Assembly (NCBI GenBank): GCA_018830225.1
Contig: JAHJSS010000052.1
Span: forward strand, 1 to 24,000
DNA from: Nanobdellota archaeon
Lineage (GTDB): Archaea > Nanobdellota > Nanobdellia > Woesearchaeales > UBA11576
Reading direction: 5' to 3'
DNA length: 24,000 bases
Position 1 is the stretch's first letter; the number at the start of each line of letters is the position of its first letter. The notes under the pieces are model-generated. The model saw nothing but the letters and a program-made list of their open reading frames with translations. It was not told where the DNA came from and did no database searches. Of the stretch, positions 23,421-24,000 are shown one piece after another. The translations under genes were made by a program, and so were the position numbers.

Positions 23421-23476
23421 CGTTTAATATACCATAAACCGAAACCTTATTAAAACTTTCCTGAGAAATATATGCT

Positions 23477-24000
23477 ATGGACTGGTACAGGGTTAAGCGC
23501 GGCTGGAAGAAGGTCTGGTATTTCATCTGGGAGGATGACAGCTGGGCCAGCTGGTTCGTTAACATAATACTTGCATTTGTGATAATAAAGTTCATAGTCT
23601 ATCCTTTCCTCGGTCTTGTTCTTGCGACATCCCACCCGATCGTGGCTGTCGTCTCCTCGAGCATGGAGCATGACACTGGTTTTGATGAGTGGTGGGTGAG
23701 CAAGGCTATATGCGGTGAGGGGAGTGCCTGCACTCAGGAAGATTATTACAAAGGCCTGGACATAAACAAGGAGCAGTTTAAGGGGTTCTCTTTCCGCAGA
23801 GGCTTCAACAGGGGGGACATCATGGTGTTATACGGCACCAAGCCTGAAAAGATCGAGATTGGCAACGTGATTGTATTCAAGGCTGAAAGGCCTGACCCGA
23901 TAATACATCGTGTCACATCCAAGAAGAAAGAGAACTCACACTACGTGTTCACTACCAAAGGTGACCATAATGTCGCCGCGTTCTATTTCGAGGCGTACAT
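23477..24000 (+). CDS. Signal peptidase I, archaeal/eukaryotic Sec11 (S26B) type, 3'-truncated by the window end
   Basis: Open frame not in the supplied track: MDWYRVKRGWKK..., N-terminal TM helix, catalytic Ser motif VVSSSMEH, GDIMVLYG, and catalytic His motif DPIIHRV. Runs off the window end. Confidence 0.85.
   Translation, partial: MDWYRVKRGWKKVWYFIWEDDSWASWFVNIILAFVIIKFIVYPFLGLVLATSHPIVAVVSSSMEHDTGFDEWWVSKAICGEGSACTQEDYYKGLDINKEQFKGFSFRRGFNRGDIMVLYGTKPEKIEIGNVIVFKAERPDPIIHRVTSKKKENSHYVFTTKGDHNVAAFYFEAY

Noticed and set aside
22987-23595. Track ORFs 22987..23427 (+), 22997..23281 (+), 23278..23595 (-) and 23450..23671 (-)
   Set aside because: They are antisense to the well-supported NMD3 and signal peptidase genes or cross the structured RNA. 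They lack SD or TATA signals and have implausible low-complexity sequence.
1-24000. Searched for CRISPR arrays, cas genes, reverse transcriptases, integrases, transposases, toxin-antitoxin pairs or other defence-island signatures
   Set aside because: No regularly spaced repeats of 24-40 nt were seen on either strand. No ORF shows the hallmark motifs (RT YxDD, HEPN Rx4-6H, DDE, tyrosine recombinase RHRY). The only mobile-type gene is the LAGLIDADG endonuclease.

Overview
Gene-dense archaeal chromosomal segment: about 33 protein genes, one intron-containing tRNA, and two long structured RNA regions I cannot assign to a family. The gene set shows archaeal origin directly. It includes aRF1 with NIKS and GGQ motifs, SRP54, RNA polymerase subunit P, ribosomal protein L37Ae, KEOPS Pcc1, prefoldin beta, Pth2-type peptidyl-tRNA hydrolase, NMD3 and a Sec11-type signal peptidase. 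The tRNA-Pro has an anticodon-loop intron and no encoded CCA. TTTATAAA/TTTAAATA TATA boxes sit 22-27 nt upstream of several start codons (leaderless mRNAs), while genes inside operons carry GGAGGTGAT-type Shine-Dalgarno sites. The compact aRF1, many small proteins and low-complexity tails suggest a small-genome, DPANN-like lineage, but that is inference only. Most of the window is ordinary housekeeping: translation, protein targeting, transport and repair. I found no CRISPR array, reverse transcriptase, integrase, transposase or recognisable multi-gene defence system, and I cannot support a claim of one. Items worth a second look: (1) a ~180-nt GC-rich multi-helix RNA element just upstream of, and co-oriented with, NMD3 (23242-23420, minus strand); (2) a ~300-nt structured leader with mutually exclusive pairings in front of an orphan 452-aa protein with a proline-rich tail (13215-14904); (3) a ~1.1-kb AT-rich island holding only a free-standing double-motif LAGLIDADG homing endonuclease with two N-terminal HTH repeats, whose 3' end overlaps a stand-alone LigD-type 3'-phosphoesterase gene; (4) an unlisted 30-aa Cys/Lys-rich mini-gene; (5) a membrane-anchored multi-thioredoxin-fold protein with a histidine-rich cytoplasmic N-terminus; (6) L37Ae with a 55-aa acidic tail. 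All family assignments come from reading motifs by eye; no database search was run.
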